Assembly (NCBI GenBank): GCA_022712895.1
Contig: JAFLJS010000069.1
Span: 35,034 to 99,033 of the forward strand
Length of the DNA stretch: 64,000 nucleotides
DNA from: Desulfocapsa sp.
Lineage (GTDB): Bacteria; Desulfobacterota; Desulfobulbia; Desulfobulbales; Desulfocapsaceae
Direction: 5' to 3'
This document shows, piece by piece, positions 16,265-26,643 of this stretch; position 1 is the first letter of the stretch, and the number at the start of each line of letters is the position of its first letter. The translations under genes and the position numbers were made by a program. The notes below the pieces were generated by a model. The model ran no database searches. It was not told the DNA's origin and saw only the letters and a program-made list of their open reading frames with translations.

Positions 16265-16290
16265 CACTAGAACGAACGTTCATTCTAGTG
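16265..16290. promoter_or_regulatory. TetR autoregulatory operator
   Basis: CACTAGAACGAACGTTCATTCTAGTG, a 26-bp palindrome with one mismatched pair, immediately upstream of tetR. Confidence 0.7.
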
Positions 16291-16358
16291 TAGGTTATGT
16301 AATGATGAGAGTCAAGATTTTATTTCATGGGTAGTGTTTCTGGAAAAGGGTACGTGAC

Positions 16359-16417
16359 AAAATAGTTTCTATCATTACGGAGTACTAAGGTACGTCGTAA
16401 TGATAGAAAACGTGTAG
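16359..16417. repeat. Dispersed palindromic (REP/MITE-like) element, copy 1
   Basis: 14-bp perfect stem TTTCTATCATTACG / CGTAATGATAGAAA with inner GTAC-TAAG-GTAC; near-identical to 47890-47948. Confidence 0.8.
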
Positions 16418-16592
16418 AGAGATACTGAGGAGAAGAGGTTACTCAAAAAGCGGAATGAAAAAACTACAAAAACAATACAACTTCAATCAGGAAACCATTG
16501 CCCTTGCCTTAGCGGCCACTTCAGTTTTTGTTATTCTGTTGTGGTGGCGCTACCAGAGCCTAAGCTGAGGTTATAATGCGAATGGCTTAAGG

Positions 16593-17225
16593 CTATCCAG
16601 TCGCCAGCCAGACTCCAACACCAATCATCAATGTTCCCGCAATCCTGTTCATTGTTTTAAGCGTACTTTTTTTTTGGAGCAGCCTTCGAAGGCTCCTGCC
16701 GCCGGCCGCATAGCCAACAAGACAGCAAAATTCAATGGTCAAGATGATAACAAGCAAAACCATCATTTGTGGTGCAAGTGAATATTCCGAATTTATGAAT
16801 GGCGGCAAGAGAGAGACCATAAAAGCCCATCCTTTGGGATTGGCAACGGCCGTTACAAAACCCTGAGTAAGTAGTTCCTTTGCACTGAATTCAAGATTTT
16901 CAGCATTTGATTCAGAAAGGGCCATCTTCCCCTTTGAACACCACATTTGAATCCCAAGATAGAAAAGGTACGCACCACCTATATATTTCAATACAAGAAA
17001 AACAGCAGGGTAATTGAACATAACAGTTGCTACTCCGGCAACGGCAGCAATGGAGACAAGACCGACACCAAGCAGTTCACCCCACATCATCCAAAATGTA
17101 CGGCGAAGGCCAATGCTCATCCCCAGGGTCATTGACAGAGTCATGCACATACCGGGAGTTGCAGAAACAAAAAGAAATGTGGGGATAAAGACAGTGAGAA
17201 CAGAAGGGTCAATTGCAATATTCAT
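16593..17225 (-). CDS. LysE/RhtB-family translocator
   Basis: SATPG, LKYIGGAYLFYLG, GFVTAVANPKGW.F...LLPPF, NRIAG. Confidence 0.9.
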   Translation of the reverse strand: MNIAIDPSVLTVFIPTFLFVSATPGMCMTLSMTLGMSIGLRRTFWMMWGELLGVGLVSIAAVAGVATVMFNYPAVFLVLKYIGGAYLFYLGIQMWCSKGKMALSESNAENLEFSAKELLTQGFVTAVANPKGWAFMVSLLPPFINSEYSLAPQMMVLLVIILTIEFCCLVGYAAGGRSLRRLLQKKSTLKTMNRIAGTLMIGVGVWLATG

Positions 17226-17229
17226 TGGT

Positions 17230-18927
17230 CTAATCTTTTTTACTTTTTTTCGACTGGTACATCAAATGATCTGCCGCTTTTATCAACTCCTCTACAGAAA
17301 CAGGGGCATTGCCATCAAACATGGCAATTCCATGACTGATGCACAATTCAAATGGTAAATTAGTGCTATTGTTTAGCTCAGCGAGTTTTTCTTCAAAACG
17401 CTCCACAAGTCGTGGAACAGGATTTTTACCAGTATCGTCATCACAGGCAAACAAAATAGTAAATTCATCACCACCAACCCGTCCAATAATATCAGCTTCT
17501 CTAAAAACTGTCTGAAACAACTTTCCCGTTTCGATAATGGCAGAATCCCCAATGTCATGGCCCAGATTGTCATTAATGGGCTTAAGGTCATCAAGATCAG
17601 CATACATTAAGAACAGATTACACCCTTTGCGTTTTGCAATTTCAAGTTGTTTTTGGGCTAATAACAAAAACCCCCGTCTGTTAAGCAACTCAGTAAGCTC
17701 ATCAGTAATAGAAATACGGGCTAACTTGTCGGCATAGGCTTTTCTGGAAGTTATGTCGATAACAGTTTTGATTACCTGGACAACGTTACCCGCCCCATCA
17801 AAGATGGGGTAGCCATGTACTTCTACATATTGTTCCCTGCCATTACTGTCATAGTGAGTATGTTCCACTCTTACAGGCTTTTTACTTGATTTAACCATCA
17901 CCACAGGACAGCTATGACCAGCATCCGGACAACAGAGATCCCCCCTCCCTTTTGAATGTGCCAAAGCGGAACATTTATTAGCAGAATTTACTAATCCCCC
18001 TCGGATTGCGTGCTGGTTCGCCAGAGAAATGTAGTGATCATCGGTACTGATAACACAAAACGGGAAAGGCAGTGACTCGATAACATCATTGAGGAATATA
18101 TTTTGCCTTTTGATTTTTCGCTCGGCTTTTCGGCGCTCAGCAGCCTCAGTCACAAGCTTATTATTTGTTGTAGTGAGTTGAGTTGTTCGTTGTTGAACAG
18201 TCTGCTCCAGTTGATCATTTTGCTGCTGTAACAATGCCTCGGCTTTTCTTCGACGTTTATCATTAACGATACTCTGCCTGGCAATGTATAACGAAAGGAC
18301 TGCCAGCAACAACAGAGCCAAGAAGGCGAAGGTACTTAATTTGGCAGTAAGAGTAGCAATCTCCTTTTTTGTATCATCAAGGTAAAGTCCGGTACCTATT
18401 ACCCATTGCCATTGAGGAAAAAGTTTAACATATGATAATTTGGGGGCAATAGTCTTCTGGTTGACCTTTTGTTTCCACATGTAATTCACAAACCCAGCGC
18501 CTTCCCTGCTTACAATGTCAGCCATTTTCTGGAAAACAGATTTAATGTTTTTGTCCACAAGCATGGCTGTATTTTCACCTTCAAGCTCAGGTCGGTATGG
18601 ATGCATAATTACCATAGGCTCCAAATCACTGATCCAAAAATAGCCATTGAGCTCTTTTCCATATCTTAATGCACGGATTGCTGAAATTGCCTGGTTTTTT
18701 GCCTCTGTCTGACTGATAACACCACGAGATGCCTGATGCTCAAAATGATCCAGAACCCCAATGGCCATGTCAATTAATTGCATGGTAGTTTCTTTTTTTC
18801 GCTCCATAATACTGGAATTAAAGGAGGGAAGAATAACAGCGAAGACGGTTCCAACGAAAAGGCAGAGAGCCAAAGTTGGAGGGATGATCATTTTAAAAGC
18901 TGAAATGGGAAGTATTTTTCTATTCAT
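17230..18927 (-). CDS. Diguanylate cyclase with single Cache and PAS-like domains
   Basis: TM - Cache (GYFWI.D....IMHPYRPELEG...KLSYVK.F..WQWVIGTG) - TM - PAS-like - TDELTELLNRRG...GRVGGDEF. Confidence 0.9.
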   Translation of the reverse strand: MNRKILPISAFKMIIPPTLALCLFVGTVFAVILPSFNSSIMERKKETTMQLIDMAIGVLDHFEHQASRGVISQTEAKNQAISAIRALRYGKELNGYFWISDLEPMVIMHPYRPELEGENTAMLVDKNIKSVFQKMADIVSREGAGFVNYMWKQKVNQKTIAPKLSYVKLFPQWQWVIGTGLYLDDTKKEIATLTAKLSTFAFLALLLLAVLSLYIARQSIVNDKRRRKAEALLQQQNDQLEQTVQQRTTQLTTTNNKLVTEAAERRKAERKIKRQNIFLNDVIESLPFPFCVISTDDHYISLANQHAIRGGLVNSANKCSALAHSKGRGDLCCPDAGHSCPVVMVKSSKKPVRVEHTHYDSNGREQYVEVHGYPIFDGAGNVVQVIKTVIDITSRKAYADKLARISITDELTELLNRRGFLLLAQKQLEIAKRKGCNLFLMYADLDDLKPINDNLGHDIGDSAIIETGKLFQTVFREADIIGRVGGDEFTILFACDDDTGKNPVPRLVERFEEKLAELNNSTNLPFELCISHGIAMFDGNAPVSVEELIKAADHLMYQSKKSKKD

Positions 18928-19129
18928 ATTTCCATATCTAGCAAAACAATGCTTTGGAGGTATTGAAATGATTGAAAACAAAGAAGAACACCTTAACACA
19001 AAACCTTGTATTCTCCACGTTGTAAATGAGAATGAGCCGTACTAAAATTTATTGGTATGTTGTGTTATATTGTACAAAAAGGTGGCCTAACACATGCAGG
19101 ACAGATAGTCCATTGAGTACCGGTTACTT

Positions 19130-19717
19130 TTATTCTATAATTATATCAAACACATCCAGCAGTGATAATGCCTCAGGTAATGAGAATCTCGTTTTGCATA
19201 ATTTATTGCCATGCGGATGGATGGAATAATTGGTGGCATTGGCGAAATTGGTACGCGTAAGATTTGTATTCATAAACCTGGTACCCGAAAAGTCGGAGTA
19301 AGTACAATTTGCTTTTGACAAATCAGCTTCCGAAAAATCCGCCTCCCTCACCTGGCATTCAACTATTTCAGTATTTCGGAGGTCGACGCCAATAAACCCT
19401 GAATAATTTAGCAAACACTTGTTGAAATTCACATCCAGAGGAATGGAGGCGGCGGCCCATTGAATTCCTGTGAGTTTTGAATCAATAAATTTCACATCAC
19501 TGAAGGACGTATATTGTATGAAGGCTGATGCCAGATCACAGTTTTCAAACACGCAATTTTCGAATGTACAGTCAAAAAAAGAAATTTGAAAAAATTTGCA
19601 ATTCTTAAATGTACAATCCAAAAATTCCGAATCAACTATCTTTAAACCATCATCTTTTTTAAGATCTGAAAATACCTTATCTTCGTAAAGTAAGTTGCTT
19701 TCAATGGCTACTAACAT
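19130..19717 (-). CDS. Pentapeptide repeat protein
   Basis: Regular F/L-x-x-C/A-x pentads (ADFSEADLSKANCTYSDFSGTRF). Confidence 0.9.
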   Translation of the reverse strand: MLVAIESNLLYEDKVFSDLKKDDGLKIVDSEFLDCTFKNCKFFQISFFDCTFENCVFENCDLASAFIQYTSFSDVKFIDSKLTGIQWAAASIPLDVNFNKCLLNYSGFIGVDLRNTEIVECQVREADFSEADLSKANCTYSDFSGTRFMNTNLTRTNFANATNYSIHPHGNKLCKTRFSLPEALSLLDVFDIIIE

Positions 19718-19856
19718 ATTTTTGGAAAGTGAGTTAAGCGATTATTCATTCTATCCTTCAAAAGAATCACGGAAATTCTCAACACCAGTGATGAATGGTA
19801 AGCCAGCACTCTTTTCAGCGCCGCCTTAAGAGACTGATTCTTTTAAAGTAAAACAA

Positions 19857-21020
19857 CTAATTACCCATCATTACGAATTGCCCGTCTTTAACGGTAAACA
19901 TGGCAAAAGCATCAATTCCCAGACCATTGTGATCCGTCTCAGAAAAGTTAAATTCCCCTGCTGTCCCGGTAAACCCTTTTATTCCTTCTATGGCAGCCCG
20001 TGCTTTGGTACTGTCAGGCCCGGCTACATCAATCGCTTTGGCAAGAATAAGCATGGCATCGTAAGAATGGCCGCCAAAGGAGGAAATATCTTCCCCATAT
20101 TTCGATTCATAGGCAGTTTTGTAAGACATCAGGAAATCCCTGACTGGGCCGGGCTCCAATTTTTGTGCTGCAATTACTGTACTGGCAGGAAAAATAATCC
20201 CTTCAGCGGCAGCACCAGCGGCCTGGACATACTTGATGTTAGCAAAACCATGGCTTTGAAAAAGAGGGATATCCCACCCGGCCTGACGGATATTCTTAGC
20301 AATAATTGATTGCGCAGGTACAATCGACCAGTTCAGCACTGCCTGGATTTCAGGATTAGACTTTATTTTGGTTACAAGAGCTGTTAAATCAGTGGCCTTT
20401 TTATCATAGGTTTCCGCTTCTACAATTGTAATGCCGTATTCAGGAGCTAATTTTTTCAGCTGTCCTTTTCCAGCCTTTCCAAAACCGGTATTGCCGGTTA
20501 CCACTGCGATTTTTGATATATTCATATCGTTCATGGTCATGAATATCTTCCGAGCGGCGTACGAGTCACTGGGAGCCGTTTTAAAAACGTAGGATAATAC
20601 AGGATTCACAATTAATTCGGCCGAAGCACAGGAGATAAGAATTGTTTTACTTTTTTCACAAATGGATTTGATCTTTAACGTTTCTCCGCTGGTTGAGGGG
20701 CCGATAATAGCAAAGACTCTGTCCTCTTCAATAAGCTGTCGGGTAAAAGAAATTGCTTTTGCAGGATCAGCTGCTGAATCCTTGACGATCAATTTAATAG
20801 TATGTCCATTGATGCCACCTTTTGCGTTGATTGATTCAACTAACATGCGAAGTGACTTTTCCTCCGGGCCACCAAGAAAAGCTGCCGGTCCTGTTTGTGC
20901 AAGGATTGCCCCAATTTTAATTTCCGCAGCATTTCCGGTACCGGGAAGAATGGAAAGGCATACAAATGCCAGAATAAGAGAAGAAAAACCGTTCACCAGA
21001 GACAAGCACATTTTTTTCAT
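19857..21020 (-). CDS. LivK-type (branched-chain amino acid/amide) ABC substrate-binding protein
   Basis: Signal peptide; IKIGAIL..TGPAAFLG, INAKGGING, IIGP.TSG, YDA..IL..AI..AG. Confidence 0.88.
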   Translation of the reverse strand: MKKMCLSLVNGFSSLILAFVCLSILPGTGNAAEIKIGAILAQTGPAAFLGGPEEKSLRMLVESINAKGGINGHTIKLIVKDSAADPAKAISFTRQLIEEDRVFAIIGPSTSGETLKIKSICEKSKTILISCASAELIVNPVLSYVFKTAPSDSYAARKIFMTMNDMNISKIAVVTGNTGFGKAGKGQLKKLAPEYGITIVEAETYDKKATDLTALVTKIKSNPEIQAVLNWSIVPAQSIIAKNIRQAGWDIPLFQSHGFANIKYVQAAGAAAEGIIFPASTVIAAQKLEPGPVRDFLMSYKTAYESKYGEDISSFGGHSYDAMLILAKAIDVAGPDSTKARAAIEGIKGFTGTAGEFNFSETDHNGLGIDAFAMFTVKDGQFVMMGN

Positions 21021-21688
21021 TATTAACCCCGTAGTTTGAAAAACAATATTGAAGAAAAATCAATAAAAGTTGATTCCCACAAGGAAACCAGCTGGCTTTT
21101 TATTGCAATAAAGGAGTGGGATAACTTACTCCCTTCTAACCATACAGGCAATCATTGAAAATGATGTGGTACTAATTGCTCAGATTTGTTGCTTAAATGA
21201 ATGCCGGGTGATTCAAGGGAGGAATCCTTATAAAAAAGGATTTTAAAGGGAGTTTTAAGTGGAATGATTTTCTTAAGGCAATGAGGAATCCATGTTGAAC
21301 TTTTCAATATTCATTGCTTCCTAATAATGAAGGGTGGCAGTATCTTCATGTTTAAATCGGTCTTGCTCAACTTGCAGTGCATAGGAGTTTATCATTATTG
21401 AGTATAATGATAACTACTTAACGTATCTTAACTTAGACGGATATAATAAGGGGATTGCCTATTTTCATTGTTGTGGCACAAAGCCACCCCACAAGCTCTT
21501 TTTATGAATAGGTACACCAATAACTCCAACAAAATTCGTCATATGTAGATTTGCATAGAAAAAAAGTACCACAATTAGTAAAGCATTGAGTCAATTGCTG
21601 CTACCTTTGCGGCACGTGGTGTCAAACTTGCGACGACTGAGCAGTACGCAGAGCTCTCAGGAAATGGAATACTTTAAAGGACAATAAA

Positions 21689-22321
21689 ATGACCATCGAA
21701 TCATGGGCGATATATCTGGCGTTGGCAATTGCAGCTACCGCAACACCCGGGCCAGCAGTTCTGTTCATTGTAAGCAGTTCAACACGATACGGATGGAAAA
21801 AAGCTACCTATGCAGCACTTGGAAATATTACCGGGCTGTTTTGCATGAGCATTGTCGCTGTTGCAGGGCTAGGAGCAATTTTGAACACTTCCGTAACCTG
21901 TTTCAATATTCTCAAATACTGCGGGGCTGTGTATCTATTTTACCTTGGACTCAAGTTAATTTTTCAAAAAAATGCCAGTTTTTCTTCTTTCAAGGAACAG
22001 GGTTCTTTGGTTGAAATTTCATCTCACAAATTATTTTTCCAAGCCCTGCTTGTTGCAATTAGTAACCCTAAAGCAATAGTCTTTCTCACTGCTCTACTTC
22101 CTCAATTTATCAATATTGAGACTGCGCTATTTCCACAATTTGTCATTCTTATAACTACGTTGATGTTCTTCTCATTTTTCTTTCTAATGATCTATTCCAT
22201 ATTGGTGCAAAGATTTAAAGGATGGCTCAACAAATCCCGCAGAATGAGAAACTTTAACCGGGCAAGTGGTGCAGTATTTATTAGCTTCGGCTTTTTACTG
22301 GCAACATCCTCCAACAGATAA
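21689..22321 (+). CDS. LysE/RhtB-family translocator (second paralogue)
   Basis: ATPGPAV, LKYCGAVYLFYLG, ISNPKAIVF..ALLPQF, NRASG. Confidence 0.9.
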   Translation: MTIESWAIYLALAIAATATPGPAVLFIVSSSTRYGWKKATYAALGNITGLFCMSIVAVAGLGAILNTSVTCFNILKYCGAVYLFYLGLKLIFQKNASFSSFKEQGSLVEISSHKLFFQALLVAISNPKAIVFLTALLPQFINIETALFPQFVILITTLMFFSFFFLMIYSILVQRFKGWLNKSRRMRNFNRASGAVFISFGFLLATSSNR

Positions 22322-22363
22322 TTTTTGCTGACCTTGTTCAGCATTTCTGCTGATATTTGTAGT

Positions 22364-22491
22364 TATCCCAGTTGGGATTTACGAGTACGTCAGAAAAAAG
22401 TAAATGGCAGAAAATGCATAGTACTCATGTAGTCTCGAGATTTTGCTGAATTGATCGTCATCCTTCTGGAATAGGAAATTCAACTGGGAGT
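22364..22491. mobile_element. Possible ~130-bp MITE
   Basis: Inverted ends TCCCAGTTG (22366-22374) and CAACTGGGA (22481-22489) with a central imperfect hairpin (CAGAAAAT...ATTTTGCTG); intergenic. Confidence 0.35.
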
Positions 22492-22570
22492 TGTCCCCAT
22501 GTTTGTACATTGAAAAACCTTTTATCTAATAATCGAAAATGATACCTTATAAATACAGGGCGTTTTCATA

Positions 22571-25180
22571 GTGAAATTAAAAAGAGAGATCTCTCTTATG
22601 CAAGCTGCTTCTCACGATAACAAGACAACAAAACCCTTTCAGCAAAACAGACCGGTTTTTTATCGTCTGATGGTTCCTCTCTGTGTAATTGTTCTTCTTC
22701 TGGTCTTCGCCCTCTCCGCTGCTCTGCTTATTGCCAATCAACAGAAAATGGAACGGTTCAACCGGCATATAGTTGCGGATGCGACCCACAGTCTGGAGAT
22801 TTCTCTAAAAAGAAAAGCCCGTATGCTCAATGCTCTGGAAGATGTTCTTCTTGAAAACCCTAGTCTCTATGAAGCCTTGCAAGCTAAAGACCGCGAACAA
22901 TTGTTTGAACTCTACGAACCGATTTTCCGTAACCTTCAAAAAAACTACTCCATTAGTCATTTTTACTTCCACCTTCCCGAACGGGTAAACTTATTACGCA
23001 TCCACAAGCCAACAGTGTATGGCGATGTTATCGACCGTTTTACTGCCCGGGAAGCGGAACGAAGTGGGAAGATAGCTCACGGAATTGAACTTGGTCCCTT
23101 GGGCACCTTCACGCTGCGGGTAGTTCAACCGGTTTACATTGAGGATACCCTTATTGGATATCTTGAGCTGGGGCAGGAAATTGAAGGTCTGCTGAAATTT
23201 ATCCAGAACCGTCTGGGTGTTGAACTGGCAGTTTCTATTCGTAAAAACCTACTCGAACGGAAAAAATGGCAGGATGGCATGGCTATGCTTGGAAGAGAGG
23301 CCAACTGGGACAGGTATAAAAATGAAGTATTGATATACTATTCCTTGCCAGTTTTTCCTTCTGCCATCGATCCCTTTATCCATGGAAGCGAGGTACATTT
23401 ACACAATAACTTGACAGAAGAATTGTTAATCGACAACAGGTTGAGAAGAATATTTTCCCATTCGCTTCGCGATGTATCCGGTGCTGAGATCGGAGACTTG
23501 CTCGTATTTATTGATATTACAGAGAGTAAGGCAGCATTTTTTCGACTTACTATCATAACTGCAACCTTGGCATTACTCCTGTTAAGTGCCTTATTTATCT
23601 TCTTTTATATCATGCTTCGACAAGTTGATAAGAGTATTCTGACCCAGCACAGTCAACTCATCGAAAGTGAAGGTCGGCAACGCTCTTTGCTTGATGCCAT
23701 TAACCGTTCCGGTATCTTTCTCTTTGTGGTTGATAGTGGGTACCGTATTCGCTATATGAACGAATCCATGGCAAAAAGCCTTGGTAATGAAGTCGGTGGA
23801 CTCTGTTATCGTGATGTGAGCGGTTATGATTCACCCTGTTCCCATTGTCGAATTGCAGAAGTAATAGAGAAACAGCAGATAGTCCATTATCACTCCACAC
23901 TGAAAAATAATCGTTCTTTTAACATGATTGCCGTACCCTATATCGATATTGACGGTGTCCCCTGTAAACTAGAGGTAATGCAAGATATTACCCAACAGCA
24001 AAAAATGGAGCATGATAAAAAAATCCTCGAACAGAAACTGCAGCGTGCCCAAAAGATGGAAGCACTTGGTTTATTGGCTGGCGGGGTAGCCCATGACCTG
24101 AATAATATTCTATCAGGGATCGTCTCCTATCCTGAATTGTTACTGTTACAATTACCAAAAGACAGCAATCTGAGAGAAGCGCTTGAAGCTATCCAAGAGT
24201 CAGGCAGCAGGGCCGCTGCCGTGGTTGAAGATTTGCTCACCGTAGCCAGGGGCGTTGCCAGCACTAAAGAGCCACAGGATCTAAACCTGTTGGTCCAGGA
24301 ATATTTCAATTCTCCTGAATGTAAAAAACTACAATCGCTGTATCCCAATGTCAGCTGCCAGCAGCAACTTGAAGCGACTCACTCCACCATTATCTGCTCA
24401 TCCGTCCATATCAAAAAAAGCCTGATGAATCTGGTTACCAATGCGGCAGAAGCTATTGTTGAAGAGGAAAAAATTCTGGTCTCCACCTCTAATCAGTATA
24501 TAGATGAGCTTGAAGCAGCCAGACATAAAATAAGTCCTGGAGAATATATTATACTCAGTGTACGGGATGACGGGACTGGCATTTGCGATGAAGATTTGAC
24601 TCATATTTTTGAGCCATTTTACACGAAGAAGGTAATGGGCCGGAGTGGAACCGGCCTGGGGCTTGCCGTGGTTTGGAATACCATGGAAGAACATGATGGT
24701 ACAGTTACCGTGGAAAGCAGCTCCAAAGGAACATGTTTTCAGCTCTACTTTCCAGTCAGTGTGGAGGAGAATATTATTCAACCCCCAGACAGGCCACAAG
24801 AAAATTTCCGAGGCAATGGTGAGTATATACTGGTTGTGGATGACGAACCGCAACTTCGGGATATAGCCAGTCAAATACTGCTGAATTTAGGTTACAATGT
24901 TGATTCGGTCTGCTCCGGTGAGTTAGCCGTAAAATTTTTAAAAATGAACTCTGTCGATTTGATTGTGATGGATATGTTAATGGAACCCGGCATGAATGGA
25001 CGGCAGGCATATGCGGAAATACTTGAACTGTATCCCAAGCAGAAGGCAATCATTGCCAGTGGTTTTTCTGAGAGTGATGATGTCAAAGCAGCACTTCAAC
25101 TTGGAGCCAGTGGATTTATCAAAAAACCTTACTCGATAATACAGCTCAGCCGTGCAGTGCGAGAGGCATTGACCACCTGA
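22571..25180 (+). CDS. Hybrid sensor histidine kinase/response regulator (Cache - PAS - HisKA - HATPase - REC)
   Basis: H-box GGVAHDLNNIL, N-box NLVTNA, G boxes DDGTG/GTGLGL, REC VVDDE...DMLME...KP. Confidence 0.92.
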   Translation: MKLKREISLMQAASHDNKTTKPFQQNRPVFYRLMVPLCVIVLLLVFALSAALLIANQQKMERFNRHIVADATHSLEISLKRKARMLNALEDVLLENPSLYEALQAKDREQLFELYEPIFRNLQKNYSISHFYFHLPERVNLLRIHKPTVYGDVIDRFTAREAERSGKIAHGIELGPLGTFTLRVVQPVYIEDTLIGYLELGQEIEGLLKFIQNRLGVELAVSIRKNLLERKKWQDGMAMLGREANWDRYKNEVLIYYSLPVFPSAIDPFIHGSEVHLHNNLTEELLIDNRLRRIFSHSLRDVSGAEIGDLLVFIDITESKAAFFRLTIITATLALLLLSALFIFFYIMLRQVDKSILTQHSQLIESEGRQRSLLDAINRSGIFLFVVDSGYRIRYMNESMAKSLGNEVGGLCYRDVSGYDSPCSHCRIAEVIEKQQIVHYHSTLKNNRSFNMIAVPYIDIDGVPCKLEVMQDITQQQKMEHDKKILEQKLQRAQKMEALGLLAGGVAHDLNNILSGIVSYPELLLLQLPKDSNLREALEAIQESGSRAAAVVEDLLTVARGVASTKEPQDLNLLVQEYFNSPECKKLQSLYPNVSCQQQLEATHSTIICSSVHIKKSLMNLVTNAAEAIVEEEKILVSTSNQYIDELEAARHKISPGEYIILSVRDDGTGICDEDLTHIFEPFYTKKVMGRSGTGLGLAVVWNTMEEHDGTVTVESSSKGTCFQLYFPVSVEENIIQPPDRPQENFRGNGEYILVVDDEPQLRDIASQILLNLGYNVDSVCSGELAVKFLKMNSVDLIVMDMLMEPGMNGRQAYAEILELYPKQKAIIASGFSESDDVKAALQLGASGFIKKPYSIIQLSRAVREALTT

Positions 25181-25272
25181 GAAGAGATGTCGTTTTCAAT
25201 TTTGTATCTGATCCGTGCTTCCGTAAATGGCAATAAATTTCGAGAAAAAGGGGAACAAAACATGGGTACCAA

Positions 25273-26643
25273 TCAGTTTGACTGCTCCCCAAGAAAAGGC
25301 AATAACGACTCACCAGTTGCAGTTTTCAAACTTTGACGATTAGTGTACAAGCCTACCAGGGAAAGTGCCAACCGGGACTGGGTACGAACAAGATCCCGCT
25401 GCACTTCATTAAAGCGGGCAAGGGATTCCTGCCCGGCTTTGTAGCCCTCTTCCACAAGATCTCTTGTCTGTGATACCAGCTTAACAGACGCACGTTGCAG
25501 GACAAGTTGTGCTCTTGCCTGTTCCAGTCTGGTTATTGCTTGCCGCACCTCACTCTGCACCCGGTTTTTTTGTTGTTCGAGAGTTCTCGCAGCCTCACGC
25601 TTGACTGCCTTTGCCTCAGCAATTCTGGCAGCATCTCCCTTACCCCGAAAGAGATTATAACTCAAATTGACAGCAACGGATGTTCCAAAATCATCATTTT
25701 CAAAAGCAAAATCATCCTGACGAGTTCCATCAACCCCACCATTTAAGGCAAGTACAGGATAGTAGGCTGCCTGTTTGGCTCCGATTGTTGACTCTGCCCG
25801 TTGAAAACTGAGTTGTCGCCCAAGGAGATCAGGTCGATTACTGCTAGCCTCCTGTAGCAGTTCTTCCTGTACGATCTCAAAAAATTCATCCTCTTCCACC
25901 ATCTCAACTTTGGCAAGTTTAAGCCCTTCCGGCATTTCACCTGATTTTCTTCCAAGCAACAGAGCCAAACCATAGAGAGCAAGGTCATAATCTCTTTCAG
26001 CCACCAGTTGTTCGGTGGAGGCGTTGTTCATCTGTACCTGGAAGTTGAGGACAGCCGACAATGAGCCCGCACCGGCATCCATACTGATTTTTGCATCATC
26101 CGCCTGTTTGGAATTAAAGGAAAAATCCGCTTCGGCTATGGTCTTATTGTACAACGCCAGCTGGGCACCATAATAGCTTTCGGCCACACTTTGCAAAAGC
26201 AGACGTTGGGCATCACGTCTGGCCTGCTCATTTTCCTCTTTGCCATATTCGGCAATCATATTGGAAAATTTCCTGGAGAATCCGTCGAATAACAACCATG
26301 ATGCGGCAAGAGACAGTTTATAGTTTTCGCTGCTGCGATCAACACTCTGTCCATTGTTGGCAAGAGCCAGAATATCGGCACTATTTTGAGAGATTTTATT
26401 ATAACCTACAGATCCTCCGGCATCAACAGTTGGCCAATAGAGCGCACGTGCCTGTTCTATACGTTGTCTGGCCTGTTCTACACGTTCAGCGGCGGCTGCA
26501 AGGGACGGATTGTCAGCAAGGGCTATCTCCTGCGCTGTTTGCAGATCAAGCTCCTGCACATCATCCAGGGTTTTGGTCTGCCCACTGCTGCCAACAACAA
26601 TGCTTGTTGCCACTACACAGATATAAAAAAGTTGTCGTTTCAT
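25273..26643 (-). CDS. TolC-family outer membrane efflux protein
   Basis: AL..NP.L.AA, YWPTVDA, RPDL, YYPVLAL; in an operon with RND and MFP genes. Confidence 0.88.
   Translation of the reverse strand: MKRQLFYICVVATSIVVGSSGQTKTLDDVQELDLQTAQEIALADNPSLAAAAERVEQARQRIEQARALYWPTVDAGGSVGYNKISQNSADILALANNGQSVDRSSENYKLSLAASWLLFDGFSRKFSNMIAEYGKEENEQARRDAQRLLLQSVAESYYGAQLALYNKTIAEADFSFNSKQADDAKISMDAGAGSLSAVLNFQVQMNNASTEQLVAERDYDLALYGLALLLGRKSGEMPEGLKLAKVEMVEEDEFFEIVQEELLQEASSNRPDLLGRQLSFQRAESTIGAKQAAYYPVLALNGGVDGTRQDDFAFENDDFGTSVAVNLSYNLFRGKGDAARIAEAKAVKREAARTLEQQKNRVQSEVRQAITRLEQARAQLVLQRASVKLVSQTRDLVEEGYKAGQESLARFNEVQRDLVRTQSRLALSLVGLYTNRQSLKTATGESLLPFLGEQSN

Noticed and set aside
21021-21688. Long intergenic region as an sRNA or decayed gene
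   Set aside because: No recognisable structure or stop-free frame.
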